Shown here piece after piece: positions 47,158-56,462 of a stretch of 64,000 nucleotides of DNA. This DNA comes from an uncultured virus (IMG/VR IMGVR_UViG_3300022700_000241) (Duplodnaviria; Heunggongvirae; Uroviricota; Caudoviricetes). A program made the position numbers and the translations under genes. Within the stretch, counting starts at the first letter, position 1; each line of letters opens with the position of its first letter. The notes under the pieces are model-generated. The model saw nothing but the letters and a program-made list of their open reading frames with translations. It ran no database searches and was not told the DNA's origin. The stretch lies in the IMG/VR virus record IMGVR_UViG_3300022700_000241, one strand, 5' to 3'.

Positions 47158-47280
47158 TCGGGTGTCGCCCGACTGGGCCGCCGGTCCCTACCCCGGGACA
47201 GCAGAGAAAGGGCAGAGAGGGCGGCCCAGGCGGGCGCCCCGGCCTGTCGGGTTCGACATGGGCCGAGGCGACCACCCGCG
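47158..47280 (-). repeat. structured intergenic repeat, copy 1 (three-way junction)
   Basis: Minus: CGGGTG...CCTCGGCC/GGCCGGGG...CGCCCG-C-CTGGGCCGCC/GGCGGCCCAG-T-CGGGCG...CACCCG. Confidence 0.75.
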
Positions 47281-47283
47281 GGC

Positions 47284-47571
47284 TCATGAAGTCATTTGTC
47301 GCCGGGCGTGGTCGGAGCACGCATTCTCGTATTCGCGGAGGCGCTGGCGAAACTGGAAAACAGTATCGCGGAGTTGCTCCAGCGTCGATTGATACCGCTG
47401 AGCGATTTCCTTGTCCCCGTCGGAGTCTGTCGGCGGGAAGGTCGCGTGGATCTGGGCGGCCTCGAAAAGCTCATCCTCTTCGGGGATTGCCTCGAAGGCC
47501 TCTTCCAGTTCTTGCCGCGCCTCTCGAACGGCCTCTGCCTCTTCCTGCGTGGCGTCCTTGAACGATGGCAT
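47284..47571 (-). CDS. hypothetical coiled-coil protein
   Basis: Acidic helical ORF with A/C-rich leader. Confidence 0.65.
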   Translation of the reverse strand: MPSFKDATQEEAEAVREARQELEEAFEAIPEEDELFEAAQIHATFPPTDSDGDKEIAQRYQSTLEQLRDTVFQFRQRLREYENACSDHARRQMTS

Positions 47572-47616
47572 AGTCGGTCTGGGGTTTTGTGTTGGAGGAG
47601 AAGGGAGGGCGCAGGG

Positions 47617-48366
47617 TCAATCCTCCGCGAGCCCAAGCCGAAGCTCCGAGAGACCACTCTTGATTTCTCGGACGGTAATTCTTCCGATGCCCTCAATCGC
47701 TCGGAGAGCCGATTCCGAAAGCTCCGTCAGGTCTCCTACCTCAAAGATGCCGGAGTCTCGGAGATTGCCTGCGACATCATTTTTTACGTCAACGTAGAGA
47801 CGAGCAAAATGACGTATCTCCATCGCTTTGCCGTTCACATACTCACGAAGAGAGTCAACCTCGTTGAACTCTCGTTTGAGCCTTGGTTCTGGCGTTATGA
47901 AATCCTTCGACCAGAGAGTGTACTGGAGCGCTCGATCCTCGGCTTGATCCCAAATCCCGTACTGGTCTCCGACAATATCACAAAAATGAGCCGCCAGATT
48001 CATAACCTCCCAGCGGGTTGCAGTTTCTCCGTGGTCGTCGAGGATCTCCGAGATGTCTTCTTTCGCATCGTCGTAGAAGAAGGTGTGGTAGTGGGAGTCC
48101 AGTTTCACGTCTGCGATTGCCCTGGACACTGCCTCATACATCAAGGCCCGAGGCGTGACACGCTCCACCCACTCTGGGGGAGAGGAGAGGAAGTCAATCG
48201 CGGAGTCAACACACTTCTTTGCGGTGTGAATCGGAAAATCGTTTTCGATGATTGCCGCCTCATGGTTGATGAGGCGGGCGGCATCGAGCCCCAGTTTTAT
48301 GTCATCCGTCTTATTCATGGCCGGTCCTATTTGCTTGATGAAGGATTGACGGGTGTATCCGGACAT
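47617..48366 (-). CDS. protein with C-terminal RNA polymerase alpha-CTD-like domain
   Basis: NLRDSGIFEVGDL...SESALRAIEGIGRITVREIKSGL...LGL matches the alpha-CTD pattern; start at MSGYTR. Confidence 0.75.
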   Translation of the reverse strand: MSGYTRQSFIKQIGPAMNKTDDIKLGLDAARLINHEAAIIENDFPIHTAKKCVDSAIDFLSSPPEWVERVTPRALMYEAVSRAIADVKLDSHYHTFFYDDAKEDISEILDDHGETATRWEVMNLAAHFCDIVGDQYGIWDQAEDRALQYTLWSKDFITPEPRLKREFNEVDSLREYVNGKAMEIRHFARLYVDVKNDVAGNLRDSGIFEVGDLTELSESALRAIEGIGRITVREIKSGLSELRLGLAED

Positions 48367-48468
48367 TGCGCCCGACCGGGCCGCCGGTCCCCTGGTGAGC
48401 ACGCTGGAATGAATCCAGGAAAGGGCGGCCCGATCCGGCGCCCCGGGCCGCGTGGCCCGAGACACCCG
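48360..48468 (-). repeat. structured intergenic repeat, copy 2
   Basis: Plus strand GCCCGACCGGGCCGCC...GGGCGGCCCGATCCGGCGCCCCGGGCCGC..GGCCCGAGAC. Confidence 0.8.
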
Positions 48469-48475
48469 CGACTCG

Positions 48476-48769
48476 TCACCCGTCTTCACTAATCGCCTTT
48501 TCGATCTTCGCCTCGTATTGCTCAAAGAGGAATACGGGCAGTTCTTCTCCGGCCCAAAGAGCGCGGCGCTCTCCGTCGAGTTCAACGGTTCCTACATCCT
48601 CGTCAACCTCAACGGTGTGAAGGCGACGATCCTGTACGTCATCCCCGTACTCATCTGGACGTTTACCCGTCTCGTAGCTGACTCGGACCGGGATGTCGTC
48701 CCCCTCGTGGTATCCCGAGAGCGTTAGGGTCACCTCGTGACTTCTGGACTGCTTGAGTTGTGTGGCCAT
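48476..48769 (-). CDS. hypothetical protein
   Basis: Acidic ORF from MATQLK, flanked by two structured repeats. Confidence 0.65.
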   Translation of the reverse strand: MATQLKQSRSHEVTLTLSGYHEGDDIPVRVSYETGKRPDEYGDDVQDRRLHTVEVDEDVGTVELDGERRALWAGEELPVFLFEQYEAKIEKAISEDG

Positions 48770-48805
48770 TTTCTCGGTGTGGTTTTGTGTGCGAAACAGC
48801 GGTTG

Positions 48806-48914
48806 CGGGCACGCGCCCGACCGGGCCGCCTGCCCCACCGCTCGCCGGGCTGGCGTGCGAACGTGTGTGGGCGGCCCGATCCGGCGCCCCGGGCCGCAAG
48901 GCCCGAGACGCCCG
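48806..48914 (-). repeat. structured intergenic repeat, copy 3
   Basis: Same stems as copy 2 with a different central loop. Confidence 0.8.
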
Positions 48915-48925
48915 ACGGATCGGCT

Positions 48926-49846
48926 CTACGCAGGCTGCATCTCTCGGCTCTCCCCGTAACGGTCCGCGGGATGCTCTCCGTGGACACGCAGGCACGTGAG
49001 CCAGTCGATGTCGATGGCCTCGCCGTCCAAGTCGATGTCGATGGTGTTGGTGTCGAAGGTGTGGCAGTTGAACGACAACTTCGACCGGCTACCGTCGTCC
49101 TTGTGATCTACCCACACGTTCCACCCGGACGGGCTCTCCCAAATGCGACGCGCCTTCGTGAGGTAGTCTTCAAGCTCCCCGCGGCAGAAATTCCGGGCAT
49201 TGTCCAGTGAATAGTCATCGGTGTAGATGCCGTCGATGAACCACTGTTCAACCTGCCCGGCGAGGATGGCCCGCATCGCGCGCCGCACGTTCCAGGACTT
49301 CGGAATCTTGGAGAGTGGGGTGATCTGGTCGAGGTGCAGCGCAGAGAATGTGCGCACGCCCTTCGACTCTTCGGTGTAGACCTTGAAGCGGACGCCACCG
49401 ATTTCCTCTTCCCAGTACGTTGAGTATCGGTCCTCGGTGAACCGCCCACTTTCGAGGCGCTCCTGGAGGTAGTTGAAGGCCTCGGTCACCGATCCCTTAT
49501 CGAGAACGAAGCCTTCCGGCTGCGCCTGCGGGTCGCGGGTCGGTCCGTGCTCGTCGGGGGTTTTGATCCGAAACTTGCGGCACGACTTCCCGCGCATGAA
49601 AGCGTTGGACAGGTCGTGCAGCACGCCGACGTTGTGGTTGAAGCTCGCGCCGATCTCCGACTGGACGCAAACGAACTCGTCGATGTTGGCCCAGTCGCCC
49701 CAGTCCTCCGCGGTCGCAGACCAAAGCTGCGTCCGGATCCCGGAGTTTGCGCCAACGCGGGCATGTGTCGGGTGAAGGCCTTCGGCTTCCTCGTCGAAGC
49801 CGCTTGGAATCGAGGGGTCGTCGGAATAGTCGGTTCGTAGGCTCAT
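48926..49846 (-). CDS. hypothetical protein
   Basis: First gene after promoter copy; YTDDY motif. Confidence 0.7.
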   Translation of the reverse strand: MSLRTDYSDDPSIPSGFDEEAEGLHPTHARVGANSGIRTQLWSATAEDWGDWANIDEFVCVQSEIGASFNHNVGVLHDLSNAFMRGKSCRKFRIKTPDEHGPTRDPQAQPEGFVLDKGSVTEAFNYLQERLESGRFTEDRYSTYWEEEIGGVRFKVYTEESKGVRTFSALHLDQITPLSKIPKSWNVRRAMRAILAGQVEQWFIDGIYTDDYSLDNARNFCRGELEDYLTKARRIWESPSGWNVWVDHKDDGSRSKLSFNCHTFDTNTIDIDLDGEAIDIDWLTCLRVHGEHPADRYGESREMQPA

Positions 49847-49876
49847 TTTCTCTCGTGGGTTTTTTTGCTTGGTATC

Positions 49877-49914
49877 GATGCATGTATTAAACGGCCTTTA
49901 ATGGTAGGTGTTCC
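49877..49914 (-). promoter_or_regulatory. repeated promoter
   Basis: Minus GGAAC-acctaccaTTAAAGgc-CGTTTAATACATGCATC. Confidence 0.85.
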
Positions 49915-49923
49915 CGGCCTCTC

Positions 49924-50559
49924 CTAAAAAAGGGTCCCTTGCTCGGGCGGCGGGCTGGAGGGTGTTTCATCCTCTTCTTGGGCGGGGCTCTCTCCGGTTT
50001 GCTCGCCGGTGCCGTGTTCTGCCTCTCCGCCCTCCCTCTGCTCCCCATTCATTTCCTCTTCGGGGTCTTTGCCTTCCGAGCCCTCAAGAGCCGAGAGGTC
50101 ACGGTCTACCGAGTCGGTCTCCTCGCCGTAAAGATCCAGGGCTCGGTCCGCTCGGCGCACAACAAACCCCATCGCTCGGCCAAAAAACCGGTCTGGAAGG
50201 TCGCCTGGGCCTTGGAAGAGGATTTCGTCCTCCTCACCCACAGAGAAGCTCGCAGCCTTTAGCCCGGCGGCGAACCACTCTCGCGCTTCATCCGATGGGA
50301 ACGCGAGCGCCCGGTCTCTCGCCCGCTTTTCAAGCACCTCCAGCACCGTGTAGCCCATTTCGTAATACCGGTCGGTGTAGTTGGCGGCCCCGTCTGTCCA
50401 AATGTGAAGCCACTGGCGTATCACCGACCAGTACCAGTCCCGGAGCCCACGCGACCATCCGTGATCGGTCGGGTCGTCTGGTGCGTGGTCCGGGAGGGGG
50501 CGTAGGTCGGGCTTCTCGGGGCGTCGGCTCGTGTCGACTTGGGAGAGATCATCTACCAT
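49924..50559 (-). CDS. hypothetical protein
   Basis: Acidic ORF with disordered tail. Confidence 0.65.
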   Translation of the reverse strand: MVDDLSQVDTSRRPEKPDLRPLPDHAPDDPTDHGWSRGLRDWYWSVIRQWLHIWTDGAANYTDRYYEMGYTVLEVLEKRARDRALAFPSDEAREWFAAGLKAASFSVGEEDEILFQGPGDLPDRFFGRAMGFVVRRADRALDLYGEETDSVDRDLSALEGSEGKDPEEEMNGEQREGGEAEHGTGEQTGESPAQEEDETPSSPPPEQGTLF

Positions 50560-51383
50560 GATGTCGTGTCGCCGGTGTCAAAGAACTCGAATAGGTCTTC
50601 TTTCAACTGGTAGTTTCCCGACTCGTCGAGGGCGGTGGAGAGCCGTCCGATGAGACGAACAAGCTCACCGTGTCCCTCCCGGAGCATCGAGAAGACGATC
50701 ATTGCAACCTCCGGATCGAGCCTCTTTGCGGTAAGGGTGACGCCACGCCCCCGCTCACTCGGTTCGATCTTGCTAAGACGGGCACCGTCGGCAAGATCCA
50801 CGCGGGCAAGCTCCTGGTGGTTTTTCGCCCACTTCTTGCGCTTCTCGGGGACTTTAGGGTGGGCCTTCGCTCGTTCGACGATCTCCTCCTCAACCGACTC
50901 GATGCGGTTTTGGACGCGGTTTTTCGTCTCCTGTATTTTGCGCTTGGACTTCCGGTTGTCATCGTACTCCTGGAGCATCTCTCGATACTTGCGCCGGTAG
51001 GTGCCCGCCTCAATCGGGAAGCTCCGAAACGCCCGATGGGCATCTTCTCCAAGGCCTCCGTGCGGAGAGTTCGAGACCGAAAGGCGAAGCTCCGAGAGAT
51101 TGCGCCCGTGTCGCTTCTGGTTGAAGTTCAACGTGATCGGCCCGCGGAAAGGCACGCCGTAGACCTCTTCGTGAAGGCGCTTTTCGGCAACGGCGCTCAC
51201 TGTGCGGCTGCCGGATACTTTCTCTCGCTCATCCGGGCTCATTCTGCGAGCATTCCCGTAGATCGTTTGCACGTCGACCTCTTTGTCCGCGCCGGGGATC
51301 TCCTCTGGATTCCACGGGCGGTCGGCGAGCCGGTCGTAGAAGGATTCCGGTGCGTGTTCGGGGTAGCTGCTATCTTGGCTCAT
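50553..51383 (-). CDS. hypothetical protein
   Basis: 276-aa ORF with central coiled coil. Confidence 0.7.
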   Translation of the reverse strand: MSQDSSYPEHAPESFYDRLADRPWNPEEIPGADKEVDVQTIYGNARRMSPDEREKVSGSRTVSAVAEKRLHEEVYGVPFRGPITLNFNQKRHGRNLSELRLSVSNSPHGGLGEDAHRAFRSFPIEAGTYRRKYREMLQEYDDNRKSKRKIQETKNRVQNRIESVEEEIVERAKAHPKVPEKRKKWAKNHQELARVDLADGARLSKIEPSERGRGVTLTAKRLDPEVAMIVFSMLREGHGELVRLIGRLSTALDESGNYQLKEDLFEFFDTGDTTSW

Positions 51384-51535
51384 GGTCTCTGGTTTGAGTT
51401 TGGGGTGATGCGAGTCCTCGCGCGGCTGGCGCGACCCTCCCGGATGCGGGCAAAAACCACCCGCATCCGGGGTTTACCTACGGGGAGGGTTTCGGCCCCC
51501 ACCACGGGGCCATCGTCAGGCGCCGGGCCACCTGT

Positions 51536-52522
51536 CTATTCGGGCAGGTCCTTCATAACCTCCTCCGCAGAGACGTTGCTTTTTGCCGGAGGGAGGCCAC
51601 TTCCGATGTTGAGGTAGTTTTCCCAGACGCGCTTGCACGTCTGGACTGCCGCAAGGGGCATTTCAAGCTCCTCGGCAATCTCCTCGTCGGTGTAGGACTC
51701 AAAGAACTCCTCGGCCCGGTCGTGGGCGTTTTCGCGAACCTCGTCGTAGAGAGCATCGAGGCGCTCTTTGAAATTGGTCTCCTCCTTGGCCTCCGAGGTG
51801 AAATGCTTCGCCCAGTTGGACGCGACGTTGGTGGCCACGTGGATGTGCTTTTTGACTTGCACCCGGCGACGAGCAAGCTGGAAGGCCCGGGCAAAGGCCG
51901 CGTTCATTGGCATGAAGGTCTTCTTGTGCAGCCGCGACTGAACGCCCCGTAGCTCGGTCTTCGAGGGGATCATCGAGGGGCGCTCGACCTCCGCCCGAAT
52001 TTCGGTTTTGATGTAGAAGTCGTGGAAGTCATTCTCCGCGGAGGGGTCCGGCATCCGAGAGTAGGAGATGTCGACCCTAAGCAAGAGGGCTTCAAGTTCG
52101 TCGAAGGGCCGAATCGGCTCCCCTGTCAGCGGATTTCCCTCATCGGAGATGTCGAACCAGTCGGGGATCTCACCGGGGTAGTCCAGCTTCTCTCCGTCCT
52201 CACCGAGAGTGACTTCGCTCGGGTCGGCAATCCCGGCCATCTTGAGGCGTGCAATCGCCTGTGCCGTGGTGCCGATCCAGCCCAGCATGTACGGAAACTT
52301 CGACCAGATACCCCTGGCCCACCGGCCCTCCTTCTTGGCGTACTCCGGAAGGGCGCGGTCATCAATCATGACGGGGAAGTTGAGGATGAGCGATCCCCAA
52401 TACTCTTGTCCGTGCCGGTTATCGTTCTCGGTGTAGTTTTCGTTTTTGGCCGTCCGGTTGATCGACACGAAGGTCTGATCGTCCGGTCGAGAATCGTTGG
52501 TTTGGGTCGTGGTCTGACTCAT
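51536..52522 (-). CDS. hypothetical protein
   Basis: Start at MSQTTTQ after A/C-rich leader. Confidence 0.7.
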   Translation of the reverse strand: MSQTTTQTNDSRPDDQTFVSINRTAKNENYTENDNRHGQEYWGSLILNFPVMIDDRALPEYAKKEGRWARGIWSKFPYMLGWIGTTAQAIARLKMAGIADPSEVTLGEDGEKLDYPGEIPDWFDISDEGNPLTGEPIRPFDELEALLLRVDISYSRMPDPSAENDFHDFYIKTEIRAEVERPSMIPSKTELRGVQSRLHKKTFMPMNAAFARAFQLARRRVQVKKHIHVATNVASNWAKHFTSEAKEETNFKERLDALYDEVRENAHDRAEEFFESYTDEEIAEELEMPLAAVQTCKRVWENYLNIGSGLPPAKSNVSAEEVMKDLPE

Positions 52523-52566
52523 GGGAATAGGGTTGGTTTTTGAGGTTGAAGGATGCAGCACGAGAA

Positions 52567-53043
52567 CTACCGGAGCGTGTGAATGACGAAGCCAGTTTCG
52601 TGATCTTGGTTTTTGCCTCGGGTCACATTCACGACCATGTTCGGCCCACCGTCGAACTGTAGATGGTAGATCGGGCCGACGTATCCAGGGCTGCCGCTCA
52701 CGAAGTCCTCCGTCTTGTGAATGGAGAACGGAAGGGACTGGTAGGCCAAGTCCTCGGGACTAATCGGCGGGCTCTCTTTCGGTTTGCGAACAAGGGTTGG
52801 ATACGAAGACTCGACGCCAACGGGAAGCACGTTGCGCGCGCCGAACGCGAGAGAGACCTTGGCCGCCTCGGTCGTGATGATGTCGTCATTCTTCTGGACC
52901 GACTGAACCAAGTCCCGAAAGTCAGTCCGCTCGGTAACGACCTCATAAATTGCTTCGAGGTGGCGGTCGGAGATGAAGTCCGCAGGATCGTATTCTATGG
53001 GTGACCGGGCGTTGTCTCGGGAGTATTCCGTGTCAGATTCCAT
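52567..53043 (-). CDS. hypothetical protein
   Basis: First gene after promoter copy. Confidence 0.7.
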   Translation of the reverse strand: MESDTEYSRDNARSPIEYDPADFISDRHLEAIYEVVTERTDFRDLVQSVQKNDDIITTEAAKVSLAFGARNVLPVGVESSYPTLVRKPKESPPISPEDLAYQSLPFSIHKTEDFVSGSPGYVGPIYHLQFDGGPNMVVNVTRGKNQDHETGFVIHTLR

Positions 53044-53071
53044 CGTTTTAGGATCTGGTTTTGAGGGTTGC

Positions 53072-53180
53072 GATGCACTAATTAAACGTCCTTTAACCGG
53101 ACATTGTTTCGGGCGCGTCGGCTCCTCTGGTCAAACAAAAAAAGCCCCTCCTCCCGGGCGCGAGCCGCGGGTGGAGGGGC
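53072..53180 (-). promoter_or_regulatory. terminator + repeated promoter cassette
   Basis: GCCCCTCC hairpin + T tract, then GAAAC-N17-CGTTTAATTAGTGCATC. Confidence 0.85.
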
Positions 53181-53199
53181 CTCCGGTGGGGTCCCGAGG

Positions 53200-53883
53200 T
53201 TAGAGGTGGTCCGACATCGTAGCGGAGGGTTGAAGGTGTTCAAGGATCGACCGCTTTTCGTCATGGGGGTGAGGGAGCACCTCCACATAGGGGTCACTTT
53301 CCTCCAGGTCCCAGGTCGAAGAGGTCTCGGGGTCGCTGGGGTCCGGGGCCGTCACGAACGAAAGCATGTGCCCCTTCGACCGGATGTATTCAAGCACCTC
53401 CCAGGCAACTCGGTTGTAGTGGTCCCAGGGGATTGCCGAATCGAACGCTGTGTGCGGGAATGTGACGTGGTTCTCGTCGGCCTCCGACACCTTCGTTTCG
53501 AGCACCCGCTTGCAGATGATGTGGTGGCTATCCATTCCGCGAGCGCTGTCCCAGGTCCGGATCTGCGTGATCTCGAAGTCGCCGGTCCGCTTCTTCTCGC
53601 GGTAGGCGTGAATCCGAAAGCGTTGGCCTACGTGCAGAATCGGGCGGGTCCGGCTCTCTCCTCGAACCCGGAGAAAGACCGGCCACGCAATTTCGCCGTG
53701 CTGGGCTGCGTACGTCCGCTGTACCGGAAGCACGTATCCGTTCGTGCGCTCAAGGGCGGTGCGGATCTCCTCCTCGCTGGGCGTGCCGTCGTACCGGCGC
53801 TCTACCCAGTCGATTACGTCGGTCGGATCTATCGCTTCGTTTAGGGGGTCGAGGTGGTGGTGAGACTGGTCCTTTCGGCTCAT
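53200..53883 (-). CDS. hypothetical protein
   Basis: 227-aa ORF ending before terminator. Confidence 0.65.
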   Translation of the reverse strand: MSRKDQSHHHLDPLNEAIDPTDVIDWVERRYDGTPSEEEIRTALERTNGYVLPVQRTYAAQHGEIAWPVFLRVRGESRTRPILHVGQRFRIHAYREKKRTGDFEITQIRTWDSARGMDSHHIICKRVLETKVSEADENHVTFPHTAFDSAIPWDHYNRVAWEVLEYIRSKGHMLSFVTAPDPSDPETSSTWDLEESDPYVEVLPHPHDEKRSILEHLQPSATMSDHL

Positions 53884-53931
53884 GGGTTTCGGTCCGTTGT
53901 GAATGGTGTGACGGGTGTGAATGAGCCGCCG

Positions 53932-54858
53932 TTACTGCGGAAGCGCGGCGGGCTTGCTATCGTCGGAGGGTTCGGGGGCAGACTTGTGAACCTCAATCTT
54001 GTCGGAGTCCTGGTAGCCCTCTCGGGTGGCCTGCATGTCCGAGGAGGTCGGTCCGGTGAAGCTGTCTGCGACCTCCCCGTCGTGCATGTCCTTCGCCTTC
54101 TCGTACTTCTCCTCCCGCTCCTCGACGGGGACGAGGGCTTTCTCTGCGTCGCCGCCCGACACGTCCTCGGCCATCTCCCAAAGGCGCGACGTAACGCCCT
54201 TCGCGAGACCGGTGCGGTAGCCGTTCGTCGCCGAGCGGCCTGTCGAGTGCTGCTCAAGTTTCTGCTCCTGGAGCATAATCTTCTCCTCCAACGAGTGTAG
54301 CTCCGAGATCCACTCGCTGCGCTCCCCGTAGTCGAGACCGTCGCCCTCCAGGATCTTGTTTACCTCCTCCTTCTCTCGGCGGAGATCGTGGAGCTTCTCT
54401 TCGATCTCGCTCTGCTTTTCCTTGCGGGCCTCCTTCCACCGCTCGACAAGCTCTTGGATCTGGCCTTCGATAGACCCGACCATATACCGCGCCAGCTTCA
54501 CGTCGCGCTTGTGGCCGAACACCTGCCACTCCTGGTGACGGCCCGATCCCGTGCGCGTCATGAGCGCGTAGCAGCCGAGGTAGCGGGTCGTCTTGAAAAT
54601 GATCTGCTTCTGCCATCCGGGTGTTCGCTTGTACCGGCTCTGGATCGTCACCTCCACGAAGTCCGACCGCTCAAGCTCTCCGCGGGAGATCGAATGCTTC
54701 TCCATCATCTTCCGAGCCATGCGCTCTGCGGTCTCTGCCTCCGCGTCCGAAGAGGTGGACTCGGCCTTCTGGAGCAGCTTCGATATTTTGCGGAGGATCT
54801 TGCGCTCCTCCTTCTCGCGCTGGTCGGCCCGGTCGTCGAGATCCTGCTTGCCAAACAT
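53932..54858 (-). CDS. DUF2786 domain protein
   Basis: ILRKISKLLQKAES...AEAETAERMARKMMEKHSI; FG..RDV..A.Y; GY..G; ALV. Confidence 0.85.
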   Translation of the reverse strand: MFGKQDLDDRADQREKEERKILRKISKLLQKAESTSSDAEAETAERMARKMMEKHSISRGELERSDFVEVTIQSRYKRTPGWQKQIIFKTTRYLGCYALMTRTGSGRHQEWQVFGHKRDVKLARYMVGSIEGQIQELVERWKEARKEKQSEIEEKLHDLRREKEEVNKILEGDGLDYGERSEWISELHSLEEKIMLQEQKLEQHSTGRSATNGYRTGLAKGVTSRLWEMAEDVSGGDAEKALVPVEEREEKYEKAKDMHDGEVADSFTGPTSSDMQATREGYQDSDKIEVHKSAPEPSDDSKPAALPQ

Positions 54859-54889
54859 GGGGTTGAGTCGTGGTTTTTGAGTTGCTATC

Positions 54890-54978
54890 GATGCACTTAT
54901 TAAACCGCGTTTAATGACGTGTTGTTCCGGGTCACACCAACATGCAAACGCCCCGCCCCCAGACGGGGAGGCGGGGCG
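54890..54978 (-). promoter_or_regulatory. terminator + repeated promoter cassette
   Basis: CGCCCCGCC hairpin, then GGAAC-N17-GGTTTAATAAGTGCATC. Confidence 0.85.
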
Positions 54979-55042
54979 CGTGCCGGTCTGTCCCCGGGGT
55001 CAACCCATCTTCGGGGACCGGTGGGGGCACTACCGTAGGGCT

Positions 55043-55327
55043 CTATTGAGGATGGTCCGGGAAGGCTGCCGCTTCGGGGTCCCGGTCCGGGGCCTTTTCG
55101 ACTTTCGAGGACACCTCGGACAGAAAGTCCTCAAAGGGGCGGTCCGGATCCGCCACGCAGATGACGCCGCGGTAGAAGAGGGCAACCCTTTTCCCGAGTT
55201 GGTCGGCGGTGTGCTGCGCGTCGCTGGCCGCCTGGGCAAATAGCTCTCGCTCGTCGACGACCAGGAGGCGGTCATGGGGCGGGGCCTCCTGTCGGATGTC
55301 GAGTATCGAATCAGTGAGCGTGGGCAT
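55043..55327 (-). CDS. hypothetical protein
   Basis: ORF from MPTLTD. Confidence 0.55.
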   Translation of the reverse strand: MPTLTDSILDIRQEAPPHDRLLVVDERELFAQAASDAQHTADQLGKRVALFYRGVICVADPDRPFEDFLSEVSSKVEKAPDRDPEAAAFPDHPQ

Positions 55328-55422
55328 GGTCCTGGGGCGGGTTCGTTCGGCGTTTGCGAAGAAGCATGATGATTGCCGCAAGGGCAACCGATAGGGAGAG
55401 AATCGAGATCGGTCCCATGACG

Positions 55423-55776
55423 TTAGGCGTCGGATCGTTGTTTGAGTTCATCGCGAAGGCGCTCAAGCTCCTCGCGCTTGAGGTTCCGCATAACCGTCTT
55501 GAGGATGGCAGACTCCGGGAGGTCTCCCCCTCCGGCTCCGCTTACGAGAAGGGCCGTTTGGAGGTGCCGCCCCGCGTTGCAGAAGCCGCGGAGAATCATC
55601 GAGAGCAAAGCCATAATCTCGCCCATCTCGGTGGCGGTCACGTCGTTTTCGCGGAGAAACTGACCATCCACCGGGGAGCGCTCGTCCTCGGCCCGGTCGG
55701 CGGCGGCGTTGAGAAGCTCGATGGCGCGGTCGTCGACGAGGTTGTCGGCGGCGCCGGAAGTGTCTTTTGCAGGCAT
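55423..55776 (-). CDS. hypothetical protein
   Basis: ORF from MPAKDT. Confidence 0.6.
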   Translation of the reverse strand: MPAKDTSGAADNLVDDRAIELLNAAADRAEDERSPVDGQFLRENDVTATEMGEIMALLSMILRGFCNAGRHLQTALLVSGAGGGDLPESAILKTVMRNLKREELERLRDELKQRSDA

Positions 55777-55825
55777 AGAAATAGAGGGAGTTTCTGTTGG
55801 GAGGATTGAGGGTGTAGGGATTGAA

Positions 55826-56419
55826 TTACCGAAGGCGAACAAGGCGCATGTCAACAGCCGGAGAGAACTGCTGGCCCGGGTTGTCGGGCCACTCGGCCTC
55901 GTCGGCCTCTCGCATTTCGTAGGGGCCGGTCTCCGCGTGGCAAAGCCAGTCGGAAAGCTCCTCGCCGGTGAAGCTCGCCTCGTCTTCGCCCCACTGCGAG
56001 ACGCGGAGCCCTACGCGAAGGAAAAGCTGCTCATCTTTGTCAGTGAAGCGGGGGACAGAGAGTGTTCGCGCAGGCTCCCCCGCCTTCATTCTCGCAAACT
56101 GGAGCGCGGCAAACAGCGTCGGGTAACCGGAGACGTAGCAGTTTTTCACGTGCTCGTCGAAGTCACCGCGGTGATCCCCGAAGGGGTCGATGATCGTACC
56201 TGTCGCCTCTTCCATTCGCTCGACGACGCGCTCGTAGTAGGCTTGCGTCGCGGGGGTCAGTCCCGGGAATCCGGAAATTGCGCCGGACCCGAAGCCCTCG
56301 TCCTCGGTCCACCGGCCTTCCGGCTCGGGGCCGTCGACGAAGTTCTCTCGCCAGTCGCGGGCGCGGTCCTGTTCAAGGCGGCGGTCGATGTCGATGTCGT
56401 TCGATTGGCTCGTAGACAT
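55826..56419 (-). CDS. hypothetical protein
   Basis: ORF from MSTSQS preceded by CCAAAACCACGAT leader. Confidence 0.65.
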   Translation of the reverse strand: MSTSQSNDIDIDRRLEQDRARDWRENFVDGPEPEGRWTEDEGFGSGAISGFPGLTPATQAYYERVVERMEEATGTIIDPFGDHRGDFDEHVKNCYVSGYPTLFAALQFARMKAGEPARTLSVPRFTDKDEQLFLRVGLRVSQWGEDEASFTGEELSDWLCHAETGPYEMREADEAEWPDNPGQQFSPAVDMRLVRLR

Positions 56420-56462
56420 ATCGTGGTTTTGGTCGGTGATACAACAGAGTGAGAGGGTAGCC

